Assembly: GCA_020853705.1 (NCBI GenBank)
Contig: JADYYK010000014.1
Span: 77,751 to 141,750, forward strand
Direction: 5' to 3'
DNA from: Deltaproteobacteria bacterium
GTDB taxonomy: Bacteria > Myxococcota_A > Polyangia > Haliangiales > JADYYK01
DNA: 64,000 nt
This document shows, piece after piece, positions 1 through 10,238 of the stretch (the stretch's first letter is position 1; each line of letters opens with the position of its first letter). Position numbers and translations under genes: made by a program. Under the pieces are notes generated by a model. That model did no database searches, was not told the DNA's origin, and was given only the letters and a program-made list of their open reading frames with translations.

Positions 1-950
1 GGCGCGCGTGGCGCTTCGGCGGCCAGCAGGACCTCGGCGCTGGCCAGCACCGACGAGGACAGCCCGTGGAGGTCGTAGCCACCCTCCAGCACCAGCACGA
101 CACGATCGCCGCAGACCTCGGCGGCCAGCCCGCGCAGAGCCGCCGTCAGCTTGCGATAACCCTCGGTGGTGACCCGCATGCCGCCCAGGGGATCCTGGCC
201 GTGCGCATCATAACCGGCTGAAATCAAGATGAGATCCGGCTTGAACGCGCGCAGGGCCGGGACCACCACCTGGGTGAAGGCGGCGACATACTCGAGGTCG
301 CCAGAGCGCGCCGGCAGCGGCAGGTTCAGGGTCGCGCCGCGCCCTGCCCCGCGCCCGATCTCGTGCGCCGCGCCGGTGCCGGGGTAGAACGGCCACTGGT
401 GGATCGACACATAGAGGACGTCGGGATCGGTCTCGAAGATGTGCTGGGTGCCGTTGCCGTGGTGCACGTCCCAGTCGACGATGGCGACCCGCGCCGCACC
501 GGCCGCGCGGGCCGCGGCGGCCGCGACCGCCACGGTGTTGATGAGACAGAAGCCCATGGCGTAGCCAGCCTCGGCGTGGTGGCCGGGCGGACGCACCAGC
601 ACCAGGCTGCGCGGCGACTGGCCTGACAGCGCCTGCAGCGCGGCCTCGGCGGCGGCGCCAGCGGCCTTGCGCGCGGCGTCGAAGCTCTCGGGTGAGAAGA
701 AGGTGTCGGCGTCGAGATAGCCGCGCCGCCCTGGCAGATCGCGGGCCAGCTCGCCCAGGTAGGCCGCGCTGTGCACCCGGGTGATCTCCTCGTCGGTCGC
801 CGGACGCACCGCCGTGCGCGTGGTGCGCGCCGGGATGCCGGCGGCGTCGAGGGCCTCGCGCACCGCGGCCAGCCGCTCGGGGCGCTCGGGGTGCTCGGCG
901 GGGGCCTGGTGCTGCAGGAAGACCTCGTCGACGAAGAGGCCGACGCTCAT
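1..950 (-). CDS. Histone deacetylase-family (HDAC/AcuC-type) deacetylase; C-terminus cut by window edge
   Basis: Minus-strand frame from ATG 948-950 (ATGA overlap with the upstream stop) reads MSVGLFVDEVFLQH. Contains HDAC motifs VRPPGHHAEAG, IVDWDVHHGNGTQH and LEGGYD. The ORF runs off the window start, so it is absent from the ORF track. Confidence 0.88.
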   Translation of the reverse strand, partial: MSVGLFVDEVFLQHQAPAEHPERPERLAAVREALDAAGIPARTTRTAVRPATDEEITRVHSAAYLGELARDLPGRRGYLDADTFFSPESFDAARKAAGAAAEAALQALSGQSPRSLVLVRPPGHHAEAGYAMGFCLINTVAVAAAAARAAGAARVAIVDWDVHHGNGTQHIFETDPDVLYVSIHQWPFYPGTGAAHEIGRGAGRGATLNLPLPARSGDLEYVAAFTQVVVPALRAFKPDLILISAGYDAHGQDPLGGMRVTTEGYRKLTAALRGLAAEVCGDRVVLVLEGGYDLHGLSSSVLASAEVLLAAEAPRA

Positions 951-2392
951 CTGACGTAGATCGGGCTGGCGTAGATCCAGGGCACCTCGCGCAGGTACTT
1001 GCTGGGATCCTTGCCCAGCCAGGGCGCGAGGTGCGTCGGCGTCATCAGGACCTCGGCGCGGTAGGCGCCCGTCGTGGTGACCGGGAAGGCGATCGCCCCC
1101 GGGCTGCGCGCGACCTCGACCCAGCCGCCAGCGGTGGCGCGCAGAAGGCGCATCGTCCGTGTCGGCTGCGCCGCGGCCTCGACGCCGAGCACGGTGGGCG
1201 GCGCGACCTCCAGCATGTCACCCACCGCGGCCTCGCCGCCCAGCTCGACGATCCCCCCGGCGGCGCGCGTGGCGTGGAAGTCGAAGCCCTGCGGCGAGCC
1301 ATAGACCTCGAAGATGACCAGGGTGCGCCCGGCGCCGATGGCCTCCTTGACCCCGGCCGGCGTGACCTCGGTGACCAGCGCGTGGGTGGTGGCCCAGCGG
1401 ATCATGCGCCGGTAGCTGTCGACGCGGTCGCCGTCGCTGAGCTTGATGGCGGCCACGTTCTCGTGCGCGTCGCAGCCCGAGACGCCGGCCAGCTCGAGGC
1501 CCTCGGCGGTCAGCGCGGCCCACTTGCCGAGGTCGTTGTCGTTGGGCGAAAACGCCGGCAAGAAGGCCAGATCGGGCGCGGCGCCGGCCTCCTGGCTGAA
1601 CTGCGCGAAGGCGCGCACCGCGCCGGCCTGATCGAGGCCCAGAAACTCGGAGCGCAGCCGGCCGTCCATCATGGCGTGCAGGCTGAAGATCTCGATCCCC
1701 GCCAGCGCGGGCGCCAGCATGCGCAGGGTCTCGAGCGAGCGCGACTCGGTGTGCGGGATGAGGACCTGGGCGCCGAGCTGCTTGTAGGCCATGGCCTGGG
1801 CCAGATCCTCGCGAGCATAGAACTGCTCGTTGGCGTCCGAGCCGGCGGCGTCGACGGCGTGCTTCTCCAGGCCGACCGGCATCAGGCGATCCTCGTGGCC
1901 GACCATCAAGAGCGGCTTGAAGCTGGTGCCCGGGCAGGCCATCTGGTTGGCCATCGGGCTGCCGTCCTTCATGAGCGCGGTGTCACCGGCGGCGGGGTCG
2001 AGCAAGAGCAGCTTGTCGAACGGGAAGTACGCGAAGCTGGTCTTGTGATCGGTCAGCATCGCGAAGTCGAGGCGGTCGTCACAGATGGCGGCGCGGAAGC
2101 GCGCCAGGCAGACCTCGTTGATGCCGGTGCCGCCGTCGGGCAGGCCGTTGCCGTCGCAGGCGTCGTGCGAGTACGGCGAGTGCAGGTGGATGACGCCGCG
2201 GGCGTGGATCAGGCCGCGCAGCGGCGGCTCGGTCGACAGCACCGGCATCACCGTGGGCCAGGGCGGACCCACGAAGGCGTCCTTGCCGCCGCCGCCATCG
2301 CCGCCGCCGCCACAGCCAGCGCCCGCCAGCCCCAGCGCCAGCGTCAGCGTCAGCACGTTGGCGAGCAGACCGCGGAGGCTACGCGCGCTCAT
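947..2392 (-). CDS. Lipoprotein, PHP/CehA-like metal-dependent phosphoesterase fold (putative)
   Basis: ORF 947-2461. ATG 2390-2392 gives a signal peptide plus lipobox (MSARSLRGLLANVLTLTLALGLAGAG/C). His/Asp metal motifs HLHSPYSHD, LTDH, GHED, PHTE and GCDAHEN are present. Confidence 0.6.
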   Translation of the reverse strand: MSARSLRGLLANVLTLTLALGLAGAGCGGGGDGGGGKDAFVGPPWPTVMPVLSTEPPLRGLIHARGVIHLHSPYSHDACDGNGLPDGGTGINEVCLARFRAAICDDRLDFAMLTDHKTSFAYFPFDKLLLLDPAAGDTALMKDGSPMANQMACPGTSFKPLLMVGHEDRLMPVGLEKHAVDAAGSDANEQFYAREDLAQAMAYKQLGAQVLIPHTESRSLETLRMLAPALAGIEIFSLHAMMDGRLRSEFLGLDQAGAVRAFAQFSQEAGAAPDLAFLPAFSPNDNDLGKWAALTAEGLELAGVSGCDAHENVAAIKLSDGDRVDSYRRMIRWATTHALVTEVTPAGVKEAIGAGRTLVIFEVYGSPQGFDFHATRAAGGIVELGGEAAVGDMLEVAPPTVLGVEAAAQPTRTMRLLRATAGGWVEVARSPGAIAFPVTTTGAYRAEVLMTPTHLAPWLGKDPSKYLREVPWIYASPIYVR

Positions 2393-3386
2393 GCTTCTGG
2401 GCGCGACCCATGAGGTCGGATACGGCCTGGCGCGCCGGGCGATCTTCATACAGCACAGCATACATGGCCTCGGTGATGGGCATCTCGACGCCCAGCTTGC
2501 GGGCCAGATCGCGCGCCGAGCGCGTGGTCTTGACGCCCTCGGCGACCTGGCCCTTCATGTCGGCCAGGATCTGGGCCAGGGTCTGGCCGCGCCCCAGGGC
2601 CAGGCCGACGCTGCGGTTGCGCGACAGGTCGCCGGTGCAGGTCAGCACCAGATCGCCCATGCCAGCCAGCCCCATGAAGGTCAGCGGCGAGGCCCCCATG
2701 CGCACGCCCAGGCGCGAGATCTCGGCCAGGCCGCGCGTGATCACGGCGGCGCGCGTGTTGTGGCCGAAGCCGAGGCCGTCGCCCATCCCGGCCGCGATGG
2801 CGATGACGTTCTTGAGCGCGCCCCCGAGCTCGACCCCGATGACGTCGGTCTCGGTGTACACGCGCAGGCGATCGGTGGCGAAGGCGGCCTGCACCGCGGT
2901 CGCCACGGCGGCGTCGCGCGCGGCGACGACCACCGCGGTGGGCAGCCCGGCGGCGACCTCCTTGGCGAAGCTGGGGCCCGAGAGGAAGGCGGTGCGCGCG
3001 GCCGGTCCCGGCGGCAGCTCGGCGGCCAGCACCTCGTCCATGGTGGCCAGCGACTCGTTCTCGATCCCCTTGGAGGCGCTGACCACGATGGTGGCCTCCC
3101 CGAAGTGCGGGCGCGCGGCGCGCAGCGTCTCGCGGGTGGCGTGCGACGGCGCCACCGTCAGCACCAGCGGGCGCCCGGCGATGGCGTCGCCGAGGTCGTG
3201 GGTCACGCGCAGGTTGTCGGGCAGGCGCGCGCCGGGCAGATAGCGCGCGTTCTCGCGGCTGTCCTGCATCGCCCGGGCGGCGGCCTCGCCGCGCGTCCAC
3301 ATGGTGACGGTGTGGCCCTTGTCGGCCAGCAGCTTGGCCAGCGCCGTCCCGAACGATCCAGCTCCCAGGACCCCGATGTTCTCCAA
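2379..3386 (-). CDS. gpsA: NAD(P)H-dependent glycerol-3-phosphate dehydrogenase
   Basis: 335 aa. TTG start 3384-3386 is preceded by GAGGGA. Shows the Rossmann motif GVLGAGSFGTALA plus LKNVIAIAAGM and GDLVLTCTGDLSRNRSVG. Confidence 0.95.
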   Translation of the reverse strand: MENIGVLGAGSFGTALAKLLADKGHTVTMWTRGEAAARAMQDSRENARYLPGARLPDNLRVTHDLGDAIAGRPLVLTVAPSHATRETLRAARPHFGEATIVVSASKGIENESLATMDEVLAAELPPGPAARTAFLSGPSFAKEVAAGLPTAVVVAARDAAVATAVQAAFATDRLRVYTETDVIGVELGGALKNVIAIAAGMGDGLGFGHNTRAAVITRGLAEISRLGVRMGASPLTFMGLAGMGDLVLTCTGDLSRNRSVGLALGRGQTLAQILADMKGQVAEGVKTTRSARDLARKLGVEMPITEAMYAVLYEDRPARQAVSDLMGRAQKHERA

Positions 3387-3393
3387 TGTTCCC

Positions 3394-3864
<471 letters not shown>

Positions 3865-3866
3865 AG

Positions 3867-4937
3867 CTATCCGGCCAGCACCACGGCGTTGCGACCGCCC
3901 GACTTGGCGCGGTACAGCGAGGCGTCCGCCGTCCTGACCAGCGCCTCGGCGTCGGCCGCGTCATCAGGCAGCGCCGCGACGCCGATTGACACCGTGACCC
4001 GGCCGCCCGGCTGGGTGTCACGGTGCAGGAACGGGAACTGTTCGATGCGCTGGCGCAGCTTCTCGGCCACCTGCGCGGCCACCAGCTTGGGGGTGTCGAC
4101 CAGCACCACGGCGAACTCTTCGCCGCCGTAGCGAGCCACCAGATCGTTGGCGCGCCGCCCCTCGCTGAGCAGGCGCGCGACCCCGCGCAGCACCTCGTCA
4201 CCCGCGGGGTGACCGTGGCGGTCGTTGTACTTCTTGAAGTGATCGACGTCGATCATGAACAGCGCCAGCGGCAGCCCGCTGCGCGCCGAGCGCTCGGCCT
4301 CGAGTGACAGCCGCTCGTGGAAGTGGCGGTGGTTGTAGAGGCCGGTCAGGCCATCGGTCACCGCCAGCTGGGCCAGCCGGGTGTTGGCCTCGGCCAGCTC
4401 GCGGGTGCGCTCGACGACCTTGGACTCCAGCGACTGGTTGAGCGCGCCGAGCTCCTGGTTCTTGCTCTTCAGGTCCTCGACCAGCTGCCCGTTCTCCATC
4501 GACAGCTTGTACTGCTTGAGCAACCCCTCGACGGCCAGCCGCAGATCGGGCTCGTCCCACGGCTTGGGGATGTAGTGGTTGAGCGCGGCACGGTTGATGG
4601 CGCTGACCACGGCGTCGAGGCCGGCCTGGCCGGTGAGCAGGATCTTGGTGGTCTGCGGCGAACGCCGATTGACCTCCTCGAGGAACTCGACGCCCTTCAT
4701 GCCGGGCATGATCTGGTCGGCGATGACCACGGCCAGATCCTCACCCTCACGCTGGAGCTCGTCCATCAGCTCCAGGGCGTCGTGCGCGCTCTGCGCGACC
4801 TCGATGTAGGACTCCCGTCCAAAGCGGGCCGACAGCTGCTGGCGCAAGGCCGAAAGGATGCCCTCCTCGTCATCGACACAGAGGATGTGCGGCTTCCAGT
4901 CGGGGCGGGTGACGTCACTCATCGCTTGCGGGCTCAC
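3867..4937 (-). CDS. Response regulator receiver + GGDEF diguanylate cyclase
   Basis: 356 aa. REC motifs ILCVDDEEG, VVIADQIMPGM and YIPKPW. Coiled-coil linker. GGDEF domain with an intact active site and I-site (RAND-LVARY-GGEEF). GTG start 4935-4937 overlaps the kinase stop (GTGA); an alternative ATG lies at 4920-4922. Confidence 0.93.
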   Translation of the reverse strand: MSPQAMSDVTRPDWKPHILCVDDEEGILSALRQQLSARFGRESYIEVAQSAHDALELMDELQREGEDLAVVIADQIMPGMKGVEFLEEVNRRSPQTTKILLTGQAGLDAVVSAINRAALNHYIPKPWDEPDLRLAVEGLLKQYKLSMENGQLVEDLKSKNQELGALNQSLESKVVERTRELAEANTRLAQLAVTDGLTGLYNHRHFHERLSLEAERSARSGLPLALFMIDVDHFKKYNDRHGHPAGDEVLRGVARLLSEGRRANDLVARYGGEEFAVVLVDTPKLVAAQVAEKLRQRIEQFPFLHRDTQPGGRVTVSIGVAALPDDAADAEALVRTADASLYRAKSGGRNAVVLAG

Positions 4938-7900
4938 GGCCGCGTACCTTTGATACTGCCTGGGGACTCAGGGGCTGCCTTGGGTGGGACGAACTTGGGG
5001 AACACGCCGGACTGCCGGCTGCTGCGACGCTCGGGCGGACCGTCCACCGGCAGCCGCACCGTGAAGCAGGTGCGACCTGGTACCGAATCGACCTCGATGC
5101 GTCCGCCATGCTTGTCCACGATCTTCTTGACGATACCGAGACCGAGCCCGGTGCCTTCGCCCTTGGGCTTGGTGGTGAAGAAGGGCTCGAAGATCCGCGG
5201 CAACACCGCTTCAGGGATGCCAGGTCCGTTGTCGATGATGTGCACCGCCACCTCGTTCAAGGCACCCTGGCCCTGACCGTCACCAACCCCTTGGGGGCCC
5301 ACCGTCTCGATCACGATCTCTCCCCGTCCTGCGAGGGCTTGCACTGCGTTATGGATGAGGTTGGTCCAGACCTGGTTGAGCTCATCGACATAGACCGGGA
5401 TCGCGGGCAGCTGCGAGAAGTTCCGTTTGACGACAATACCATACTTCAGCTCGTGATGCAGGATGACGAGGGTGTTTTCGATGCCGTCCCGGATGTCCAC
5501 CACCTCGATCTTGGCCTGATCGAGGTGCGTGTACGACTTCAGCGCACCCACGATCCTCGAGATCGACTTGATCGCGGTCCCGACCGAGGCAGCGTTCCGC
5601 ATCAGGTAGACATACTCCTCGAGGTAACCGACGAACGGCAGCAGGCCGAATTCGCGGAAGACCAGCAGCGGCTCCAGCAGCTCGGGGGCGCCGATCTCGG
5701 CCAGGGTGCGCGCCACCGCGGTGGCCTCCTGCGGCTGGATGCCGGCGGTCTGGGCCTGGGCGGTCAGCTCCCTGGTGATGCGGCGCACCTCGGTCGGGGT
5801 CGCCATCTTGCGCTGGGCGTCCACCATGCCGGGCACATAGCTGGCCAGCAGGCCGAAGAAGCGGCCGCGCAGCTCGGGCGGCACCGGCCGCTCGCCGATC
5901 TCGCGGGCGCGCTCGAGCAGGCGCGACACGTTGTGCGTCATGGTATCGGCGGCGCCGCGGATGGCGGCGCTGGGTGAGTTGATCTCGTGCGCCACGCCGG
6001 CCACCAGGGTGCCCAGACCCGCCATGCGCTCGGACAGCACCAGCTGTGACTGCGCCTCCTTGAGCTGCTCGAGGGCGCGCCCGAGCTCCTCGTTGGTGCG
6101 CGTCAGCTCGTGGGTGCGCTGCTTGACCTTCTCCTCCAGCTCACCCGAGAACGCGGTGACCTCCTCGTAAAGGCGCGCGTTCTCGATGGCCGCGGCGGCC
6201 TGGGTCGCGAAGGTCGACACCAGGCCCTCGTCGTCCTGCGACAGCGCCGGGGCGCCGGCGCTGCGCGCCACCACCAGCACGCCGAGCACGCGCTGCTTGA
6301 GCAAGAGCGGGATGGCCAGCGCCGAGCCGCCCAGGCTGGCCGCGCGGGCGGCGCCGCCGTGCAGCGGATCGGCGGCCAGGTCGACGATGCGCAGCGTCTT
6401 TCGTGAGGCTGCCGCCGAGAGGGCTGCGCTCTCCAGGCCGCGCGCGCGCACCGAGGCGCCGCCGGTGTCGGGCCCACGCGGGTGGCTGCGCGCCACCGCG
6501 GCGCGCACGGTGAGGCGGTCGGGTTCGCCGGGCGACACCGCAGCCATGCTGCCCGACAGGGTGCCCATCTTGACCCCGGGCAGCGAGCTGGCGGCGTCGA
6601 CCTTGCGCGTGGCGGTGCTGGGCTGCTCGGCCAGCCAGATGGCGCACAGCTCGCCGTCGCTGATCAGGCGCACGCCGGTCACGATCTTGTAGAGCACGTC
6701 GTCCAGGCCCAGGGTCGAGGACACCGCGCGACCGACCTCGTGCAGCGTCTCCAGCTCGCGCACACGCGCGGCCAGGCGCTGCTGGTTCTCCTTCAGGGAG
6801 GTCGTCATCTGCGAGAAGGCGCGCGCCAGGTCGCCGATCTCGTCGCCCTCGTCGACCCTCAGACGGTAGTCCAGGTCGCCTCGGGCGACGGCCACGGCGC
6901 CCTCGTGCAGGCGCGCGATGGGCCGCGTCAGGCGCCGCGACAGCAGGCCCGCGAGGGCGAGCGCGAACACGAAGGCGCCCGCCGCGCCCAGCACCAGCGA
7001 GCGCGCCGCCGCCGACTTGGCGCGCACCAGGGCGCCGCGCCCGACCGCGACGCCGATCATGCCGACCCGACGCTCCTTGAGGTCCTTGAGCGGGGCGTAG
7101 CCGACGGTGTACTCGAGGTCGCCGATCTCCTCCTTGGCGATGCGCACGCCGCCCGAGATGACGTCGCGCACGGTCTGCCTGGGAGGCGTGATGCCGGCCA
7201 GGCGCACGCCGTCGCGGGCCAGGAACGACGACGCCGCGGCGCGCGCCTCGGGGGCCCGGCCGGCGCTGGTCGGGATGGCGTGGATGAGGACGTCGAGGCC
7301 GAGGGCGCCCTTGATGCCGTCGGCGAAGTCGCCGTCGAGCGGCACCGTGAAGACCACGGTGCCGCGCAGCGCGAAGGTGTCGTCGATGACCGGGGCCGAG
7401 GCGCGGATGATGAGGCGGGTCTCGCGCTCGGGCACCGGGGCCTCACCCTGGCCGGAGCCGCCGGGGGGCACGGCGCCGCGCGGCACGACCATGCGCTCGG
7501 CGACCTCCAGGGTGACGCGCTGCTCGAAGTTGCGCGCGGTGGCGATGGGGCCGTCGGTGGTGCTGGCGGGCGGCGTCTCGAAGCCGGCGAAGCGGGCGTG
7601 GTCGCGCCCGATCTCGACCCGCGCCAGCAGGGTGCCGTCGGCGTCGGTGACCTCGACCAGGCCCGACGGCAGGCTGGGCTCCTCGCGGACCAGGATCTCG
7701 CGCACCAGCGCCGGATCGCGCGCCCCGGCGGCGCGCCCGAGGTCGCCCGAGCGCCCCAGCCGCACAGCGTGGCCGCCGATGGTCTGGACCTGGCGCAGCA
7801 CCAGGTTGACCGCGACCGACAGCGAGCGCGCGGTCTGCTCGCGCAGGCCCTCCTCCAGGCCCCGGAGCACCAGGCGCACCGCCACCGTCGCCGCCAGCAC

Positions 7901-7969
7901 GACCGGCAGCAGCGCCGCCAGCGACAGCGAGATGGCCAGCTTGTGCCGGAGCTTGAGCCACCTCAGCAT
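4934..7969 (-). CDS. Sensor histidine kinase (periplasmic domain-HAMP-GAF-HisKA-HATPase)
   Basis: 1011 aa. Two TM segments flank a roughly 300-aa extracytoplasmic region. HAMP region (RPIARLHEGAVAVARGDLDYRL...EIGDLARAFSQM). GAF-like region with an insertion. H-box AGVAHEINSPSAAI. ATP-binding motifs NLIHNAVQA, DNGPGIP and GTGLGLGIVKKIV. Confidence 0.93.
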   Translation of the reverse strand: MLRWLKLRHKLAISLSLAALLPVVLAATVAVRLVLRGLEEGLREQTARSLSVAVNLVLRQVQTIGGHAVRLGRSGDLGRAAGARDPALVREILVREEPSLPSGLVEVTDADGTLLARVEIGRDHARFAGFETPPASTTDGPIATARNFEQRVTLEVAERMVVPRGAVPPGGSGQGEAPVPERETRLIIRASAPVIDDTFALRGTVVFTVPLDGDFADGIKGALGLDVLIHAIPTSAGRAPEARAAASSFLARDGVRLAGITPPRQTVRDVISGGVRIAKEEIGDLEYTVGYAPLKDLKERRVGMIGVAVGRGALVRAKSAAARSLVLGAAGAFVFALALAGLLSRRLTRPIARLHEGAVAVARGDLDYRLRVDEGDEIGDLARAFSQMTTSLKENQQRLAARVRELETLHEVGRAVSSTLGLDDVLYKIVTGVRLISDGELCAIWLAEQPSTATRKVDAASSLPGVKMGTLSGSMAAVSPGEPDRLTVRAAVARSHPRGPDTGGASVRARGLESAALSAAASRKTLRIVDLAADPLHGGAARAASLGGSALAIPLLLKQRVLGVLVVARSAGAPALSQDDEGLVSTFATQAAAAIENARLYEEVTAFSGELEEKVKQRTHELTRTNEELGRALEQLKEAQSQLVLSERMAGLGTLVAGVAHEINSPSAAIRGAADTMTHNVSRLLERAREIGERPVPPELRGRFFGLLASYVPGMVDAQRKMATPTEVRRITRELTAQAQTAGIQPQEATAVARTLAEIGAPELLEPLLVFREFGLLPFVGYLEEYVYLMRNAASVGTAIKSISRIVGALKSYTHLDQAKIEVVDIRDGIENTLVILHHELKYGIVVKRNFSQLPAIPVYVDELNQVWTNLIHNAVQALAGRGEIVIETVGPQGVGDGQGQGALNEVAVHIIDNGPGIPEAVLPRIFEPFFTTKPKGEGTGLGLGIVKKIVDKHGGRIEVDSVPGRTCFTVRLPVDGPPERRSSRQSGVFPKFVPPKAAPESPGSIKGTRP

Positions 7970-7988
7970 GCCAGGGCGCCGGCTCCCG

Positions 7989-9572
7989 TCATCGGTTCAG
8001 CCACACGTCGCGGTAGTACACGATGGTCGACGGGTGCAGCTTGACGCCCTCGACGTCGTTGCGCGTTGCGATGGCGACCTCGCTGTGCGCCAGCGGGACC
8101 CAGGGCGCCTCGCGGGCGACGATCTCCTGCGCCAGACGGTAGTAGCCGGCGCGCTCCTCGAGCACGTTGGTGGTCTGGGCCCAGGTCAGCAGGCCATCGA
8201 GGCCAGGGTTCTGCAGGAAGGCCACGTTGCGCGCCGAGCCCGGTACCGCGTTGGCCGACGACAAGAGCACGTACATGAAGTTGTCGGGATCGCCGTTGTC
8301 ACCCGACCAGCCCAGCAGACACAGATCGTGCTCGCCGTTCTGGGTCGCGCGCAGGTGCTCTTCCATGTTGTTCTCGACGATGTCGAGCTGCACGCCGATC
8401 TCGGCCAGCTGGCGCCGGATCACGCGCGCGACCTGGGTCGGGTTGGGCAGGTACGGCCGCGGCGTGTTCATCACGTACAGGCGGAAGTGCTTGCTGAAGT
8501 CGAAGTTGACCGACTTCAGCTCGGCCGACGCCCGCGCCGGGTCGTAGGGGTAGTCCTCCACGGCGCCCCGGTCACCCAGCATGCCGGGCGGCAGCGGGCC
8601 GTAGGCGATGCGCCCGTTACCCTGGTAGTTGAGGCGCACGATGGGGTTCTTGTGGATGGCGCGGTTGACGGCGCGCCGCACGACGACGTCGTCGAACGGC
8701 GGGTGCTGCGTGTTCATGGCCAGGTAGGCCACGTTGTTGCCCGGGATGTGCAGCAGGCGCAGGTCAGGGTGCAGCGAGACGAACTGCAGCTCCTCGGGCA
8801 GGATGTTGTAGGCCACGTCGAGGGCGCCCGACTCCAGCGCCTTGAGGCGCTGGCGCGGATCGGGCAGCACGCGGAAGACCAGCCGCTTGAGCAGCGGTGC
8901 GCCGCCCCAGTAGCCGTCGTTCCGCTCCAGCACCACGCGGTCCCCCGGGAGCCAGGTCACGAAGCGGAACGGGCCGGTGCCCACCGGGGCGCGCTCGAAG
9001 CCGGCCAGCCCGAGGCGCTTCATCGCCGACGGCGACACGATGGAGGCCGGGAACATGGCCAGGTTGGCCAGGAACGGCGCGTAGCCCTTCTCGATGTCGA
9101 GGCGGACGGTCAGGCGATCGAGCTTCTCGATGCGCAGGATGTTGGCGTAAGTCGAGTGCCAGTACGAGTAGTCGGGCGAGAAGTACGGGTGATCCTCGCG
9201 CATCTGGCGCTCGAACGAGAACACCACGGCGTCGGCGTCGAGCGCGGTGCCGTCATGGAAGCGGACGCCGTCGCGCAGGTGGAAGGTCCACTGCCGGCCC
9301 GAGTCGGCGACCTCCCAGTGGGTGGCCAGATCGGGCTCGATCTCGTTGGAGTCGCGCTTGAAGCGCACCAGGTGCTCGAAGATCTGCTCGGTGACCTCGA
9401 TCGACTCGTTGTCGGAGCGCCGCGCCGGGTCGAGGCCGATGACGTCGGCCGGGCGCCCCACCAGCAAGGTCTGGGCGTCACCCGCCGAGCGCACCGACGA
9501 GCGCCCCCCCGAGCCCTCGACCCAGTCGCAGCCATGCGTGCTGGCGAGCACCACCAGTGACGCCAGGGCCAT
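7989..9572 (-). CDS. Family-5 (peptide/nickel, DppA/OppA-type) solute-binding protein; no cognate permease or ATPase genes nearby
   Basis: ORF 7989-9695. The internal ATG 9570-9572 gives a signal-like N-terminus MALASLVVLASTHGC. SBP_bac_5-type sequence GLDPARRSDNESIEVTEQIFEHLVRF...DLATHWEVADSGRQWTFHLRDGVRFHDG. Lies 19 nt upstream of the kinase gene. Confidence 0.85.
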   Translation of the reverse strand: MALASLVVLASTHGCDWVEGSGGRSSVRSAGDAQTLLVGRPADVIGLDPARRSDNESIEVTEQIFEHLVRFKRDSNEIEPDLATHWEVADSGRQWTFHLRDGVRFHDGTALDADAVVFSFERQMREDHPYFSPDYSYWHSTYANILRIEKLDRLTVRLDIEKGYAPFLANLAMFPASIVSPSAMKRLGLAGFERAPVGTGPFRFVTWLPGDRVVLERNDGYWGGAPLLKRLVFRVLPDPRQRLKALESGALDVAYNILPEELQFVSLHPDLRLLHIPGNNVAYLAMNTQHPPFDDVVVRRAVNRAIHKNPIVRLNYQGNGRIAYGPLPPGMLGDRGAVEDYPYDPARASAELKSVNFDFSKHFRLYVMNTPRPYLPNPTQVARVIRRQLAEIGVQLDIVENNMEEHLRATQNGEHDLCLLGWSGDNGDPDNFMYVLLSSANAVPGSARNVAFLQNPGLDGLLTWAQTTNVLEERAGYYRLAQEIVAREAPWVPLAHSEVAIATRNDVEGVKLHPSTIVYYRDVWLNR

Positions 9573-9764
9573 GTGCAGGGTTCGCACGCGCAGAATCTTA
9601 GCATCAATGCGAACTCCCAGGACCTCCCGCCACCGCCAGGCTGGCGGAAGGCGCCAGAGAACGCGCACGGCTTGCGCGCGCGCCGTGGCGGACACGCATC
9701 TGCTGCGCAGGCCTGGCCACCAGGCGCCCGTCCCGTGGGCCCTGCCCTTGCATTGACCTGGGCC

Positions 9765-10238
9765 ATGCTGCTGTCATCGCCGGCCATCCAGCCCAGCGGT
9801 CCCATCCCCGCCCGCTACACCAGCGAGGGCGCCAACCTGTCGCCGCCGCTGGCCTGGAGCGACGTGCCGGAGGGCACCCGCAGCCTGGCGCTGGTGATCG
9901 ACGATCCCGACGCGCCCGATCCCCGCGCGCCCCGGCGCACCTGGGTGCACTGGGTGCTCTACAACCTGCCGCCCGACGTCGGCGCGCTGCCGGAGGCGGC
10001 GGCCTCGGTCGGCCTGCCCGCGGGCGCCCGCGAGGGGCTGAACGACTGGGAGTCCATCGGCTATGGCGGGCCCGCGCCGCCGATCGGGCGACACCGCTAC
10101 TTCCACAAGCTGTATGCGCTCGACATCGAGCTGCCCCGCGGTGGCGTGCTCGACAAGGCCGAGGTCGAGCGCGCCATGGCCGGCCACATCCTGGCCCAGG
10201 CCGAGCTGGTCGGGACCTACCAGAAGGGGGGCAAGTGA
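9765..10238 (+). CDS. YbhB/YbcL-family PEBP (Raf-kinase-inhibitor-like) protein
   Basis: ATG 9765 within ORF 9573-10238. Motifs LSPPLAWSDVP, LVIDDPDAP, WVHWVLYNLP and GYGGPAPPIGRHRYFHKLYALD. No signal peptide. Confidence 0.88.
   Translation: MLLSSPAIQPSGPIPARYTSEGANLSPPLAWSDVPEGTRSLALVIDDPDAPDPRAPRRTWVHWVLYNLPPDVGALPEAAASVGLPAGAREGLNDWESIGYGGPAPPIGRHRYFHKLYALDIELPRGGVLDKAEVERAMAGHILAQAELVGTYQKGGK

Noticed and set aside
7107-9560. Other long shadow ORFs, for example 7107-9560 (+, 817 aa), 47792-50086 (-, 764 aa), 56820-59480 (+, 886 aa), 6482-8044 (+), 38230-39777 (+) and 39888-41207 (-).
   Set aside because: Each lies antisense to a gene with clear family motifs (HK/SBP, gcvPB, lipoproteins, SBP, dacB) and has low-complexity Arg/Gly/Ala-rich translations.
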